In this document: positions 11,117 to 21,156 of the stretch, one piece after another | How the letters are laid out: the number at the start of each line of letters is the position of its first letter | Position numbering within the stretch: the stretch's first letter is position 1 | DNA from: Rhizobium sp. Q54 | GTDB taxonomy: Bacteria > Pseudomonadota > Alphaproteobacteria > Rhizobiales > Beijerinckiaceae | Assembly (NCBI GenBank): GCA_945878875.1 | Contig: CAMCUC010000003.1 | Location: 9,516 to 73,515, forward strand | DNA: 64,000 nucleotides | Direction of reading: 5' to 3' | Notes under the pieces: generated by a model | Seen by the model: only the letters and a program-made list of their open reading frames with translations | The model's database searches: none | Told to the model about the DNA's origin: nothing | Position numbers and translations under genes: made by a program

Positions 11117-12892
11117 CTAAACCGAAACCGCTTGCGCGGCCTGCAGCGCAGCCACAACGTCAACGCCCATATAGATGAATTCGCTTACGCCCGCAGCGCG
11201 CAAAGCCGCCTGCGCTTCTCCGCCGCGCCCTGCAAGATACACGCGCTTGGCGCCAGAGCGCACAAGCTCGCGCGCGGTGCCTTCCGCGCCTTGCACATAA
11301 GCCTCGTCCGTCCCGCAAATACAGGCGAGGCTTGCGCCGCAGTCTGCAAATGAAACGCCGACGATTGTCTCAAACCCGCCGGACTCAAAGAAGCCGCGCG
11401 CAAAATCAATGCGGGCGGCTGCCGCCACAGGCGAACCCAGCACAGCCAGAAACACCTGTGGACGTGAGCCTTTTGCCGCCAGCCGGGCATCGCTGGAATC
11501 GCGCAAAAGCTCGAAAGGTTCAGTCAATCGCATCCGCTCAAAAGGACCGGCGCCGCGATGGATCAGCTCCAGCGGCGCGAGCACGCTTTGCTGCAATTCA
11601 TGGAGATCGGGAAAGGCGCTTGTGCCGGTGATCGGCTCCTTGCGGCGGGCGACGTCGTGGGCGCGTGCCTCGCGCGTCTGCCCAATCGCCTCCAGCAGCA
11701 TTGGCTGGGCCAGCTGCAACGAGCCCGCGCGCTCGATTTCCTGAAACAGGCTCCAGGCCTTCTCGCACAGGGCTTTCGTGAGCGCCTCGAACCCGCCCGC
11801 CCCTGCCGCCGGATCGGCGACGGCGCCGATGTGCGCCTCTTGCGCCAGCACCAATTGACTGTTTCGCGCGAGCCTGCGGGCGAACGCATCCGGCAGGCCA
11901 AGCGCCTGCGTGAACGGCAACACGCTGATGGAGTCAGCACTGCCGGCGCCGGCTGCAAAAGCGGCGACGGTGGCGCGCAAAACATTCACCCATGGATCGC
12001 AGCGAGTCATCATGCGCCATGCGGTTTCAGCGTGAACGCGCACCGGCTTTGGCTCCAGCCCGCACGCGCTTTCCACCTGCGCCCACAGGCGACGCAGCGC
12101 GCGCAGCTTGCACATGGAGGCGAAGAAATCTGCATCCACCGCAACTCGAAACGCAATTGCGTCGCGCGCAGCTTCAAGCGTGAATCCCGCACCCTCAAGC
12201 GCACGCAAAGCAGCAATACCTTGCGCCAGCGCATACGCCAGCTCCTGGCCGTCAGATCCGCCAGCGCCATGCACGATGCGCGCGTCCGCTATCGTCAGAG
12301 GTCCCGAAAAGCCTTGCGCGGCAAGGGTTTTTGCACGCACAGCAAAACCTGAATCGGGCGCGCCGTTTTCGTCCAGAGCGCACAGGCCAAACGAGACAGC
12401 GGCACTCCCGGGCGCGATGCCTTGTTGCTGGATGAGGGCCGCGACAGGCAGCGCCATATCCTGATCGGCCAGATCAAGCTCCAGCGCCAAACCTGAAAGG
12501 TCCACGCCCGCCAGCGCCTCTCGCAACGCGCCCGCGTTTGCGGGAAGCCCGAAGCCATACGCGCCGACAGCGCCCGCAAACGCCAGATGCAGCCCGCCTG
12601 CTCCGCCCGCCAAATCCGCCTTCGCCTGCTCATTGGCGAGCTGCGGATCGGCATGGTCGATGCGCGTCAACGCCCGCCAATCGCCCGCCTGCGCGCGCGC
12701 CAGCGGCGGGCCGCCATCGGTGTTGCGGCCATAAAGCGGCTGGATCTCAATGCCGTCGAGCGTGCGCGAAATCAGGCGGTCGAAGGCACCGCCCTTCAGC
12801 GCCTTGTCAACTTGCGCGCGCCATTGCGCCTCGTCGGGCGCCGGGAAGCTCGCCGACAAACTCACCAGATCGTCGCTTTTGGCGTCAGACAT
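11117..12892 (-). CDS. mutA: Methylmalonyl-CoA mutase, small subunit
   Basis: FPAPDEAQWRAQVDKALKG; DPWVNVLRATVAAFAAG; FARRLARNSQLVLAQEA; DPAAG; C-terminal ICGTDEAY with no DxHxxG. Confidence 0.9.
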   Translation of the reverse strand: MSDAKSDDLVSLSASFPAPDEAQWRAQVDKALKGGAFDRLISRTLDGIEIQPLYGRNTDGGPPLARAQAGDWRALTRIDHADPQLANEQAKADLAGGAGGLHLAFAGAVGAYGFGLPANAGALREALAGVDLSGLALELDLADQDMALPVAALIQQQGIAPGSAAVSFGLCALDENGAPDSGFAVRAKTLAAQGFSGPLTIADARIVHGAGGSDGQELAYALAQGIAALRALEGAGFTLEAARDAIAFRVAVDADFFASMCKLRALRRLWAQVESACGLEPKPVRVHAETAWRMMTRCDPWVNVLRATVAAFAAGAGSADSISVLPFTQALGLPDAFARRLARNSQLVLAQEAHIGAVADPAAGAGGFEALTKALCEKAWSLFQEIERAGSLQLAQPMLLEAIGQTREARAHDVARRKEPITGTSAFPDLHELQQSVLAPLELIHRGAGPFERMRLTEPFELLRDSSDARLAAKGSRPQVFLAVLGSPVAAAARIDFARGFFESGGFETIVGVSFADCGASLACICGTDEAYVQGAEGTARELVRSGAKRVYLAGRGGEAQAALRAAGVSEFIYMGVDVVAALQAAQAVSV

Positions 12893-12918
12893 GAGAGGAC
12901 CGCATGAGAGAACCGCAT

Positions 12919-12949
12919 AAAAAAACCCGCAGCGCCCACACGCTGCGGG
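12919..12949 (-). terminator. Rho-independent terminator
   Basis: Stem CCCGCAGCG/CGCTGCGGG with an A7 run (U-tract on the minus strand), downstream of CDS 13007-13399. Confidence 0.7.
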
Positions 12950-13006
12950 CAGATGCCCGTTTTGGCATTGTTTGAGACGGTCTGCCACCCGTCCTTCGTC
13001 GGATGC

Positions 13007-13399
13007 TCAGACGTATTGATCAAGGCCGGGAATGGCGGAGGCGATCTTCTTCATCTGCTCCTCGCCGATCATTTCGTTGCCCTTGGCGAAAATATCCTGC
13101 GCCAGGCCCTGAATGTCGCCCATTCCAAGGCCAAGGTCCTGCAATTGTCCGGCCAGCCCCATCAGTCCACCAGCGCCGCCGCCGCCCATCAGGCCGCCGA
13201 GGGCGCCCATAAGTCCGCCGCCGCCAGCTGCGGGCGCAGCGTCAATCGCTTCCTGCGATCCGGTAAGCTTCTCAAGCAAAGTGCCAGCTTCAGCCGGTGC
13301 ATTTTCCTTCAGGAAGCGCAACACCGCGCCAATAGCCTGCTGCGCGACATCGGGCTCAAGCCCGAGCGATTTGGTGACGCTGGCAATCAATTCATCCAT
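13007..13399 (-). CDS. Conserved Gly-rich hypothetical protein
   Basis: MDELIASV start with AGGAG RBS; helical N-terminus and GGGGLMGALGGL segment, recalled as a common Rhizobiales family. Confidence 0.75.
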   Translation of the reverse strand: MDELIASVTKSLGLEPDVAQQAIGAVLRFLKENAPAEAGTLLEKLTGSQEAIDAAPAAGGGGLMGALGGLMGGGGAGGLMGLAGQLQDLGLGMGDIQGLAQDIFAKGNEMIGEEQMKKIASAIPGLDQYV

Positions 13400-13456
13400 G
13401 GAAATCTCCTCAAGCAAAAATCTCAAGCAAAGGTCGCCAGCATACCTTTGGCTTGA

Positions 13457-13487
13457 GAGGGCCGGGGGATCAAGCCCCTCGGCCCTC
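13457..13487 (-). terminator. Stem-loop downstream of the tctC-like gene
   Basis: GAGGGCCGGGGG...CCCCTCGGCCCTC inverted repeat; weak U-tract. Confidence 0.45.
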
Positions 13488-13509
13488 AAAATCTCGCCTG
13501 CTTTGGCGC

Positions 13510-14541
13510 TCAATAATATTTATTCATGATGACCTGCTTGACCTCTTCCCGGCGCTCCTTCGACAAGCCGCCGCCCAGAATGCGGTTGACGATGGCGCTC
13601 ATGTCTTCGGGCGCCCCATAGAGCGCAGGCTGGTTCCTGGCGGCGAATTCCTTCAGCGCTTCAGGATCGGTGAGAATCTCCTTCATCACCCTGCGCAAAA
13701 TCGTCGCCTTTGCCGGCTCCATATCCGGCGGACCGACCAGAACGCGGCCGACCTTGCGAACGTCTTCGCGGAAATCCAGCCACCACGCAGCTTCTTCGCC
13801 GAGCTTCACGGATTCATAAATGGTGGGAACGTCGGGCATGATTTTCGAGCGTTCGCGCGCCATCACCATCACGCCGCGCAATTGCCCGCCCTGCGCATAG
13901 CGGGCGGCTGAATCTTCAACAAGAATAGTACCGTCCACTTCGCCGCGAATGGCGGCCAACGCAAAATCGGCGGATGATTTGTAGCCGATGGTTATTTTGC
14001 ACGGAATTTTCAGCGCATGGCAGAACATCGCCGTCGTGTCCGACACGCCGTCGACCTTGCCGTTGGATCCGATTTGCAGGGGTTTCTGCGTATTCAGAAT
14101 ATCTGCGACGGTGTTATAGGGCCCCTTGGGATAGACGATCATCACGCGCGGCGCAGTGTTGACGCGCGCGATCATCGTATATTTTGAAAAGTCGAACCGC
14201 AGCGATTGATCGTCCACCAGCTTGGACAGCACGGCGCCTTCGCCCGGCGCCAGCATCATGGTCAGCCCGTCGGGCGGCTGAATCCATGTGTGGTTCATCG
14301 CCGTCATCATGCCAGCGCCAGGCCTCGATTCGACGATCACGGTCGCACCCAGCTTTTTCTCGATCCATGGCGCCAGCATGCGCGAATAAAGATCATAGCC
14401 AGACCCGGCAGCGCCGCCGTTGACAAGCCGCACGGTCTTGCCCTTGTAAAAATCGAACGCTGGATCAGCCGCAGCGCTATTGGCGCAAAGCGCGCCCGCA
14501 AGCGACAGCGCGCATGCGGTCAAAACTGGCCTGAAGACCAT
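13510..14541 (-). CDS. Bug/TctC family tripartite tricarboxylate transporter substrate-binding protein
   Basis: Signal peptide; FYKGKTVRLV, GSGYDLYSR, VESRPGAG, PPDGLT, PDVPT motifs. Confidence 0.85.
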   Translation of the reverse strand: MVFRPVLTACALSLAGALCANSAAADPAFDFYKGKTVRLVNGGAAGSGYDLYSRMLAPWIEKKLGATVIVESRPGAGMMTAMNHTWIQPPDGLTMMLAPGEGAVLSKLVDDQSLRFDFSKYTMIARVNTAPRVMIVYPKGPYNTVADILNTQKPLQIGSNGKVDGVSDTTAMFCHALKIPCKITIGYKSSADFALAAIRGEVDGTILVEDSAARYAQGGQLRGVMVMARERSKIMPDVPTIYESVKLGEEAAWWLDFREDVRKVGRVLVGPPDMEPAKATILRRVMKEILTDPEALKEFAARNQPALYGAPEDMSAIVNRILGGGLSKERREEVKQVIMNKYY

Positions 14542-14627
14542 ATATTCCTCCCATCGCGCTCGAAACGGCGCTTAGGGAACAAGGCTAGTCCGGGTAGCGC
14601 GTTATTGGCAAGCGTTCAGGCAAACCT

Positions 14628-15047
14628 TCATCTGGCCAGATCGCCCATTGGCGCGTGAGTCGGCGACAGCGCCGCCCGAAAGCGTTCCACAAGGCGGGCG
14701 AGATCGTAGGGCTTGGCCACCAGCGGAGCTATGTCGACCAGATCGGGCGGGGCGTCGTCCGGCCGCACGAAGCCGGACGTAAGAATGACGGGCACAAGCG
14801 GCAGATACGCCCGCACATGGCGCGCGATGTCGAAACCATCCAGATCGCCTGGAATCTGCACGTCGGAGAAGACGAGGCTCACAGGTGTTTGATTCAGAAT
14901 CTGGAGCGCCTCCGCCCCGTCGGCGGCCTCGAAGACCTGAAATCCGAATTCACGGAGACCATCCGCAACATCCATCCGGATCATCGGTTCGTCTTCCACA
15001 ACCAGAATGGCGGGAGCGGGAGCGCCGCAATCAAAAGAATCTGTCAT
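14628..15047 (-). CDS. Single-domain response regulator (receiver)
   Basis: ILVVEDE, LVFSDVQIPG (phospho-Asp), LTSG, VAKPY; start could be 15062. Confidence 0.85.
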   Translation of the reverse strand: MTDSFDCGAPAPAILVVEDEPMIRMDVADGLREFGFQVFEAADGAEALQILNQTPVSLVFSDVQIPGDLDGFDIARHVRAYLPLVPVILTSGFVRPDDAPPDLVDIAPLVAKPYDLARLVERFRAALSPTHAPMGDLAR

Positions 15048-15237
15048 GATAGAATTGGCCATTTCCAAAAAATGCAAAAAAAGCGTACCGCAGAAAAACA
15101 AAGTGGTTTGGTTACATAAAACGCATTGCTACAACATCTCAAACTAGCCTGCTTGAGCGTTGGTGCAAAGCAAGATTATCGAATGGTAACGCCACCGTTA
15201 GTTCCCGCCGGGCTACACATTCGCCGAAAGAACGTAA

Positions 15238-16173
15238 ATGAATGAAAACACAGGCGGGGACAGGCCGCAGACGGCCAAAGAACTCGCCCATGACCGCACG
15301 GCGCTGGAGCCGGGGGCTTGCCGAACAGTCTCAAAGCTCGTGCGCCGCATTGTCGCGCCCAATCCCTCGCCGTTCACCTTCACGGGAACCTGCACCTATA
15401 TCGTTGGGGCTGGCGACGTGACCGTGATCGACCCCGGCCCTGAAAACGCCGATCATCTGGCGGCCTTGCTCGCCGCCACGAAGGGCGAACGCATCGTCCA
15501 TATTCTCGTCACCCACACCCACCGCGATCATTCGCCCGCCGCGCGCGCGTTGCAGGCGCTCACTGGCGCAGACATACGCGGCTGTGCGGCCCATGCGCAG
15601 ATTATGGATCATCCCTCCGGCCGCGCGGACACAAGCCACGATCTGGCCTATGCGCCTGATGTTGAAATGCGGGAAGGCGATATGCTGGAGGGCGAGGGCT
15701 ATACGCTGACCGCCGTTCACACGCCAGGCCATGCCTCGAACCATTTGTGCTTTGCCCTGCGCGAGGAGGGCGCGCTGTTTTCCGGCGATCACGTGATGGC
15801 GTGGTCAACGACCGTGGTTGCGCCGCCCGATGGAAACATGCGCGATTATATGGCTTCGCTGGAAAAGCTCGCGGCTCGCAGCGATGTGCTTTACTGGCCC
15901 GGCCACGGCGCGCCGCTGCTTGCGCCCCAACGCTATGTGCGCGGACTGGCCAGCCACCGCAGGCAACGCGAACGCGCCATTCTTGAGCGGATAGCGGCAG
16001 GCGATTCGCAGGTTCCAGCCATCGTCGACAGCGCCTATGCGAGCCTCAACCCAAATCTGCGCAACGCCGCAGCGTTGTCTGTGCTCGCCCATCTGGAGGA
16101 CATGACGGAACGCGGATTGATCGTATCGAACGAGGGCCCGGCGACGCTGGGCGCCCATTACAAACTGGCGTGA
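15238..16173 (+). CDS. MBL-fold metallo-hydrolase
   Basis: THTHRDHS (HxHxDH), TPGHASNH, FSGDHV, PGHG; NPSPFTFTGT N-terminal motif. Confidence 0.92.
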   Translation: MNENTGGDRPQTAKELAHDRTALEPGACRTVSKLVRRIVAPNPSPFTFTGTCTYIVGAGDVTVIDPGPENADHLAALLAATKGERIVHILVTHTHRDHSPAARALQALTGADIRGCAAHAQIMDHPSGRADTSHDLAYAPDVEMREGDMLEGEGYTLTAVHTPGHASNHLCFALREEGALFSGDHVMAWSTTVVAPPDGNMRDYMASLEKLAARSDVLYWPGHGAPLLAPQRYVRGLASHRRQRERAILERIAAGDSQVPAIVDSAYASLNPNLRNAAALSVLAHLEDMTERGLIVSNEGPATLGAHYKLA

Positions 16174-16255
16174 GACCGAAGCCGACAGCGTCAAGCCACA
16201 GCTTGCGCCGTTTTGCGGGCTTCCAGCCCGCATTCTTTGTCCAAGCCCCAGCCGC

Positions 16256-17056
16256 TCACCTTCCGTCGAGCTGCGTCTGCATTTCTCTGGCGAAGGTTTC
16301 GATCCGTTTGGCGTTGACGCCGAAATCGTGGCGGCCATAGCGCGAGACCGAGCGGACGTCGATACGCGTCTGGCCCACGAGCGGGCGTACGCGGATAGCC
16401 AGATCATCTGGAAAGCGCATGACAAGCGTTCGCTGCACGGCATCAATGCGCCCGTCGCTGTCACCGCGACGGGTGCTCGGCGCCACCTGATCGACGACCT
16501 CCCAGCCCAGCGCGCCAGCCGCTTTCAGCACCAGTTGAAACGCCTCGGCGGCCTCAAGATCGAGCGTGATCGGCTGCACGTTTGGATAGGCACGCGCCTG
16601 CTCCCGGCGCAGCTCTTGCCCGATTTCGCCCGGAACATGGCCTTTGCGCGCCGCGAGCGCCTTGGCCGAGCGTGAAAAATAGGGAGGGTCGTTCAGGTCT
16701 GTCGTAACGTCGTTGAGCATCGGCAGGCTGGCCGCCTTAACCACCAGCCAGGTGGGCCACGCCAGCACCAAAGCCGCAAGCGCAATTCCAATTGTCACAA
16801 CGCCCATGCCCCTGCGCCCCGTTCGCCAGATCGTCGCCGCTGCGGCGCCCGCCAATAATACGGCCGCGCACGCCGAAAGGATCGCAAAAGCGAACACGCT
16901 CATGCTGGCCGACAGCTCGGAAGCGCCGCTGCGCACGAGCCCGATCGCGATCACGCCCAGCGCAATCGCGAACAGCGCAAGCCTGCGGCTCCAGATCGCG
17001 GCGGCGGAAAACGGTTCTTCGAGGATTATCCGGCGCATGAGTTTCCTTTCGCACAT
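16256..17056 (-). CDS. DUF1499-like membrane protein
   Basis: Three N-terminal TM segments; NDVTTD...P; FPDDLAIRV; IDVRSVSRYGRHDFGVNAKRI. Confidence 0.85.
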   Translation of the reverse strand: MCERKLMRRIILEEPFSAAAIWSRRLALFAIALGVIAIGLVRSGASELSASMSVFAFAILSACAAVLLAGAAAATIWRTGRRGMGVVTIGIALAALVLAWPTWLVVKAASLPMLNDVTTDLNDPPYFSRSAKALAARKGHVPGEIGQELRREQARAYPNVQPITLDLEAAEAFQLVLKAAGALGWEVVDQVAPSTRRGDSDGRIDAVQRTLVMRFPDDLAIRVRPLVGQTRIDVRSVSRYGRHDFGVNAKRIETFAREMQTQLDGR

Positions 17057-17191
17057 TGGACAGGAGAGCGCACACCCGCGTCAATCCGGTACACTATAGC
17101 GCTTGTGCAAAAGCGCAGCCTTAACGTGATTTTCAGCCCGGACATGGAGAGTGGCGGATGCTTGCGTTCAAAACCCGTGTGGAGAGTTTCG

Positions 17192-17428
17192 ATGATGAGG
17201 CGCCCCGATGCAGCCCCGCAAAATTCGGCCCTGGCGCGGCTTGAAGCCAGCGCTACTCAGGCGCGCGCGGAATTGGCCTCGTTCTACAACGAGGCCGCGC
17301 TTGCGGCAGTCGCCGCCGCCCTGACGCTGGCGCCAGACCAGACGGCACCAGATCCCGCGGATCAAAGCGAGGTTTCAAGCCAGGGACATAATCCCGCCCT
17401 GCTGCGCGACGATCATCTGGCGGCGTGA
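17192..17428 (+). CDS. Small hypothetical protein
   Basis: GGAGA RBS before ATG 17192; fills an intergenic gap; ends ...DHLAA. Confidence 0.4.
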   Translation: MMRRPDAAPQNSALARLEASATQARAELASFYNEAALAAVAAALTLAPDQTAPDPADQSEVSSQGHNPALLRDDHLAA

Positions 17429-17485
17429 GCGCTGCGGCGCAGCCGCCGCCCGATCAGGACCCGCCAAAGAAGTGTGTGCACATAA

Positions 17486-18400
17486 ATGAACCTGACCAGA
17501 CGCGGATTCATCATGCGGGGAGCCGGCGCCATATCGCTGGGCACGCTTGGCCTCGGCGGCTGGACCTTTGTGCTCGAACCGGGCTTCCTGCTCGACGTCA
17601 CTCGCTATTCAGTCACGCCGCCTAAATGGCCCGCCGGGCTTGAACTGAAAATAGCCGTCATAGCCGACGTTCACGCTTGCGATCCGTGGATGCCCGCCGC
17701 CCGCATCCAGCGCATTTGCGAAGCCGTGAACGCGCTCAAGCCCGACGTGATCGTGCTGCTGGGCGATTATTACGGCGGCACGGACGTTATGACGCAGGCC
17801 GTGCATCCCGACGAATGGGGCGAGGCGTTCAGCACCCTGCGCGCGCCCCATGGCGTGTTCGGCGTACTCGGCAATCACGATATCTGGCATGGCCCCTTGC
17901 CCAACATGCCCGGCGACGACGGCGAGACCGTCACCCGCACCTTGCGGCACGCATCAGTGCGCGTGCTCGACAATCAGTCCGTACGGCTGGTGAAGGACGG
18001 AATCGGGTTCTGGATGATGGGGCTTGCCGACCAGATGGCGCATCGCGTTTCACGCGGACGCTTTATCGGCCGCGACGATCTCGATGGCACGCTGGCCAGC
18101 GTCACCGACGATGCGCCCGCCATTCTGCTCGCCCATGAGCCATTCATTTTTCCGCGCGTGCCCGAGCGCGTATCGCTGACCCTGTGCGGACATACCCATG
18201 GCGGACAGGTGGATCTGCCAATCATCGGCAATCCGTTCCTGCACAAGCGCCTGCCGCGCGAACATGTTTATGGTCATGTCAGCGAAGGCGGTCGAAACAT
18301 GATCGTTTCGGCGGGCCTCGGCGTCTCTATTATTCCGGCGCGGTTTATGCGGCCGCCGGAAATCGTACTCGTGACGCTGGGCACACCCGCAATCGCGTGA
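17486..18400 (+). CDS. Metallophosphoesterase (YkuE-like), possible Tat substrate
   Basis: DxH, GDY, GNHD, HEP, GHTHGGQ motifs; N-terminal TRRGFI. Confidence 0.9.
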   Translation: MNLTRRGFIMRGAGAISLGTLGLGGWTFVLEPGFLLDVTRYSVTPPKWPAGLELKIAVIADVHACDPWMPAARIQRICEAVNALKPDVIVLLGDYYGGTDVMTQAVHPDEWGEAFSTLRAPHGVFGVLGNHDIWHGPLPNMPGDDGETVTRTLRHASVRVLDNQSVRLVKDGIGFWMMGLADQMAHRVSRGRFIGRDDLDGTLASVTDDAPAILLAHEPFIFPRVPERVSLTLCGHTHGGQVDLPIIGNPFLHKRLPREHVYGHVSEGGRNMIVSAGLGVSIIPARFMRPPEIVLVTLGTPAIA

Positions 18401-18405
18401 AAACG

Positions 18406-19011
18406 CTAGCGAACGATGACAGTCGCGCCGATGGGCGTGCGATTATACAGATCTACGACGTCGATGTTGCGCATGCGGATGCAGCCTGCCGACGCATTGC
18501 TGCCAATGGAATCAGGTTCATTGGTGCCGTGAATGCGATAGAGCGTGTCGCGATTGCCCTGATAGAGATAGAGTGCGCGGGCGCCGAGCGGATTTTCGGG
18601 ACCGCCCGACATGCCGCCAGCGGCCAGCGTGGGGCGTAGATGGGGCCAGCGTTGCACCATTTCGGCCGGCGGCATCCAGCGCGGCCATTCAGACTTGCGG
18701 GCGACTGTCGCCTTGCCGGTCCAGCCAAGCGCTTCCGTTCCAGTTGCTACGCCGTAGCGCATGGCGCGCTTGTTTTCGAGGACGAGGTAGAGAAAATTCG
18801 CCTTGGTGTCGACGATGATGGTGCCAGGCTTCTCGCCGGTAAGATCATCAATCTCGTAGCGATCATAATTGACGTCGATCAAGTCGAATTTCGGAGCAAG
18901 CGCAATAAATTCCTTGTCGCGCGCAGACAATGCGGGGTCTGGAACGCTTTTGTAATTACAGCCGCCCAATATAGCAGCCAGCGTCACAACCGACGCCAAT
19001 CTGAAAAACAT
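18406..19011 (-). CDS. L,D-transpeptidase (ErfK/YbiS family), lipoprotein
   Basis: Lipobox-like LGGC; NPLGARALYL; YRIHGTNEP; SAGCIRM catalytic His/Cys. Confidence 0.92.
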   Translation of the reverse strand: MFFRLASVVTLAAILGGCNYKSVPDPALSARDKEFIALAPKFDLIDVNYDRYEIDDLTGEKPGTIIVDTKANFLYLVLENKRAMRYGVATGTEALGWTGKATVARKSEWPRWMPPAEMVQRWPHLRPTLAAGGMSGGPENPLGARALYLYQGNRDTLYRIHGTNEPDSIGSNASAGCIRMRNIDVVDLYNRTPIGATVIVR

Positions 19012-19191
19012 AATGCCCCCGAAACCCGATTCGCCGTGTAACCGCTACGCTCTCCTTACCATATGGATTCGGGGCGACAGCCAGTTCGTGAAAAAGTGCT
19101 CAATGTGTGGCGCCGCAGCAACAATCGTGTAAATTACGGCACTGCATGATTACGTTGGCTTGGCAATAATTCGTGAGCCCGGAGACGCGTT

Positions 19192-20145
19192 TTGACGACC
19201 CTTTTTATAAGCCATCCATCCGCCTTGCTGCACGACATGGGGCCCGGCCATCCCGAACGCCCGGACCGGGTGCGCGTCATAGAGCGCGCGCTGGAGGCTG
19301 AAGCCTTTCAGATGCTGGCGCGCGAGCGGGCGGCGCGCGGCGATTTCGAGCAGATTATCCGCTGCCATCCCGAAGCCTATGTGCGCAGCCTTGAGGAGGT
19401 GGCGCCGCAGCACGGCCTGCTGCATCTGGACGGCGACACCTGCATGAATCCAGGCACGTGGGAGGCTGCGCTTTATGGCGTGGGCGCCGCCTGTCAGGCG
19501 GTGGACGAAGTGATGGGCGGCAAAGCGGCCAACGCGTTCGTGGCGATGCGCCCGCCCGGCCACCATGCGGAAATCTCGACGCCGATGGGCTTTTGCTTTT
19601 TCAACAACGCCGCCATCGCCGCCCGTCACGCGCAGGCCGTGCAGAGCGCCACCCGCGTCGCAATTATGGATTTCGACGTTCACCACGGCAACGGCACTCA
19701 AGACATCTTCTGGGCCGACGGTTCGGTGATGTACGCCTCGACGCACCAGATGCCGCTGTTTCCCGGCACCGGCGCCGCCAACGAGATCGGCGAGATGAAT
19801 ACAATCGTCAACGCGCCGCTGCAGGCAGGCGATTCGGGTCCGCAATTTCGTCAAGCGATGGAGATCGCGATCCTGCCCAGGCTCATCGCTTTCCGCCCCG
19901 ATCTCGTGATTATATCGGCCGGCTTTGACGCCCATCGGCGCGACCCGCTGGCGCAGATCAATTTGCTGGAGGAGGACTTCGCCTGGGCGACCGCGCGGCT
20001 GATGGACGTGGCGGACGCAAGCGCCGGCGGCCGGCTCGTGTCGCTGCTTGAGGGCGGGTATGATCTGACCGCGCTGGCCGGCTCCGTCAGCGCCCATGTC
20101 TCAACGCTGATGGGGCGGTCGCCGGGCGCTGCTTCTGGATCATGA
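19192..20145 (+). CDS. Histone deacetylase family (AcuC/AphA-like) protein
   Basis: [44 protein letters not shown]; TTG start. Confidence 0.93.
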   Translation: MTTLFISHPSALLHDMGPGHPERPDRVRVIERALEAEAFQMLARERAARGDFEQIIRCHPEAYVRSLEEVAPQHGLLHLDGDTCMNPGTWEAALYGVGAACQAVDEVMGGKAANAFVAMRPPGHHAEISTPMGFCFFNNAAIAARHAQAVQSATRVAIMDFDVHHGNGTQDIFWADGSVMYASTHQMPLFPGTGAANEIGEMNTIVNAPLQAGDSGPQFRQAMEIAILPRLIAFRPDLVIISAGFDAHRRDPLAQINLLEEDFAWATARLMDVADASAGGRLVSLLEGGYDLTALAGSVSAHVSTLMGRSPGAASGS

Positions 20146-20162
20146 GACACGTCAAGACTTGA

Positions 20163-20981
20163 ATGCTTTCGAGACTTGTCTTAGGCGATTTCTCCCTATT
20201 AAATAATATCATGGAACAACGCGCGATTTTTCATGCGTTTGCCTTCGTCGCCGCACTCCTGTTTGCGGGGCCTTCAGTGCGCGCACAGACCGGCGCGGTG
20301 CCCGAGCCATGCGCCAATCGCATGTTTGAGGGACGCAACTATCTTGTCTGCGTCGCGCCGCCTAAAGGCGACCTGCGGTTGTTCTTCACCGGCCCGGACG
20401 GAGAGCCCTTTGGCGCGTTCGCCAATGTGCGCGAGGCGCTTGCGCTTTCGGGAGAGCGTCTTGTATTTGCGATGAACGCGGGCATGTACAATCCAGACTT
20501 TGCGCCGTCCGGCCTTTATGTGGAGCGCGGCGTGCAACGCAAGGCCGCCAACCAGCGCCCTGGCGCCGGCAATTTTCACCTGAAGCCCAATGGCGTGTTC
20601 TGGGTCAATCCGGACGGGCAAAGCGGCGTCACGGAGACCGCGCGCTATCTCGCCCAACGCATTCAGCCCGCCTACGCAACGCAATCTGGCCCGATGCTGC
20701 TGATCGACGGCAAGCTGCATCCGCGCATTCGCGAGGACGGCACTTCGCGCAAAATCCGCAACGGGGTCGGCGCCTGCGAGGAAGGCCGCACATCGTTCGC
20801 GATCTCGAACGAGCCGGTGACGTTCCACGAATTCGCGCTGCTGTTCAAAGACGACTTGAAATGCCCCGACGCGCTTTATCTCGACGGCTCGATCTCCGCC
20901 GTCTACGCGCCCTCGCTGGGTCGCCACGACCGCTGGCGCCCGATGGGGCCCATCGTGGGCATGGTGGCGAAGGGGAAGTAG
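20163..20981 (+). CDS. Phosphodiester glycosidase family protein (YigE-like)
   Basis: FAMNAGMY, GNFHLKPNGVF, ATQSGPML, RKIRNGVG, ALYLDGS; start may be downstream (MEQRA). Confidence 0.85.
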   Translation: MLSRLVLGDFSLLNNIMEQRAIFHAFAFVAALLFAGPSVRAQTGAVPEPCANRMFEGRNYLVCVAPPKGDLRLFFTGPDGEPFGAFANVREALALSGERLVFAMNAGMYNPDFAPSGLYVERGVQRKAANQRPGAGNFHLKPNGVFWVNPDGQSGVTETARYLAQRIQPAYATQSGPMLLIDGKLHPRIREDGTSRKIRNGVGACEEGRTSFAISNEPVTFHEFALLFKDDLKCPDALYLDGSISAVYAPSLGRHDRWRPMGPIVGMVAKGK

Positions 20982-21050
20982 TTCGATCTGGACCGCGCCT
21001 GGCCGCGCGCCAGCAACAATGTTTGCAGCTTATCCGCAATACCCAAGCCA

Positions 21051-21132
21051 CGTCATGGTCGCGAAGGCGGCCATCTACGGCAGGCTACGAGCGCGCGGCT
21101 TGCCGTGGGTCCCGGCCTTCGCCGGGATGACG
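21051..21132. repeat. 82-bp CGTC-footed double-hairpin REP-like element, copy 2
   Basis: Same terminal hairpins as 7803-7884 with a divergent central spacer; between convergent genes. Confidence 0.85.
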
Positions 21133-21156
21133 AAAGATTGCGACTTGCAGAAGCAA

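Noticed and set aside
12893-13006. Cobalamin riboswitch upstream of mutA
   Set aside because: The region is short and explained by a terminator hairpin; no B12-box (GCCACTG-type) elements were recognised.
19192-20145. HDAC plus SWIB-domain protein (50319-50603) as a 'chromatin-like' system
   Set aside because: Both families are widespread in Alphaproteobacteria and are 30 kb apart with no linkage.
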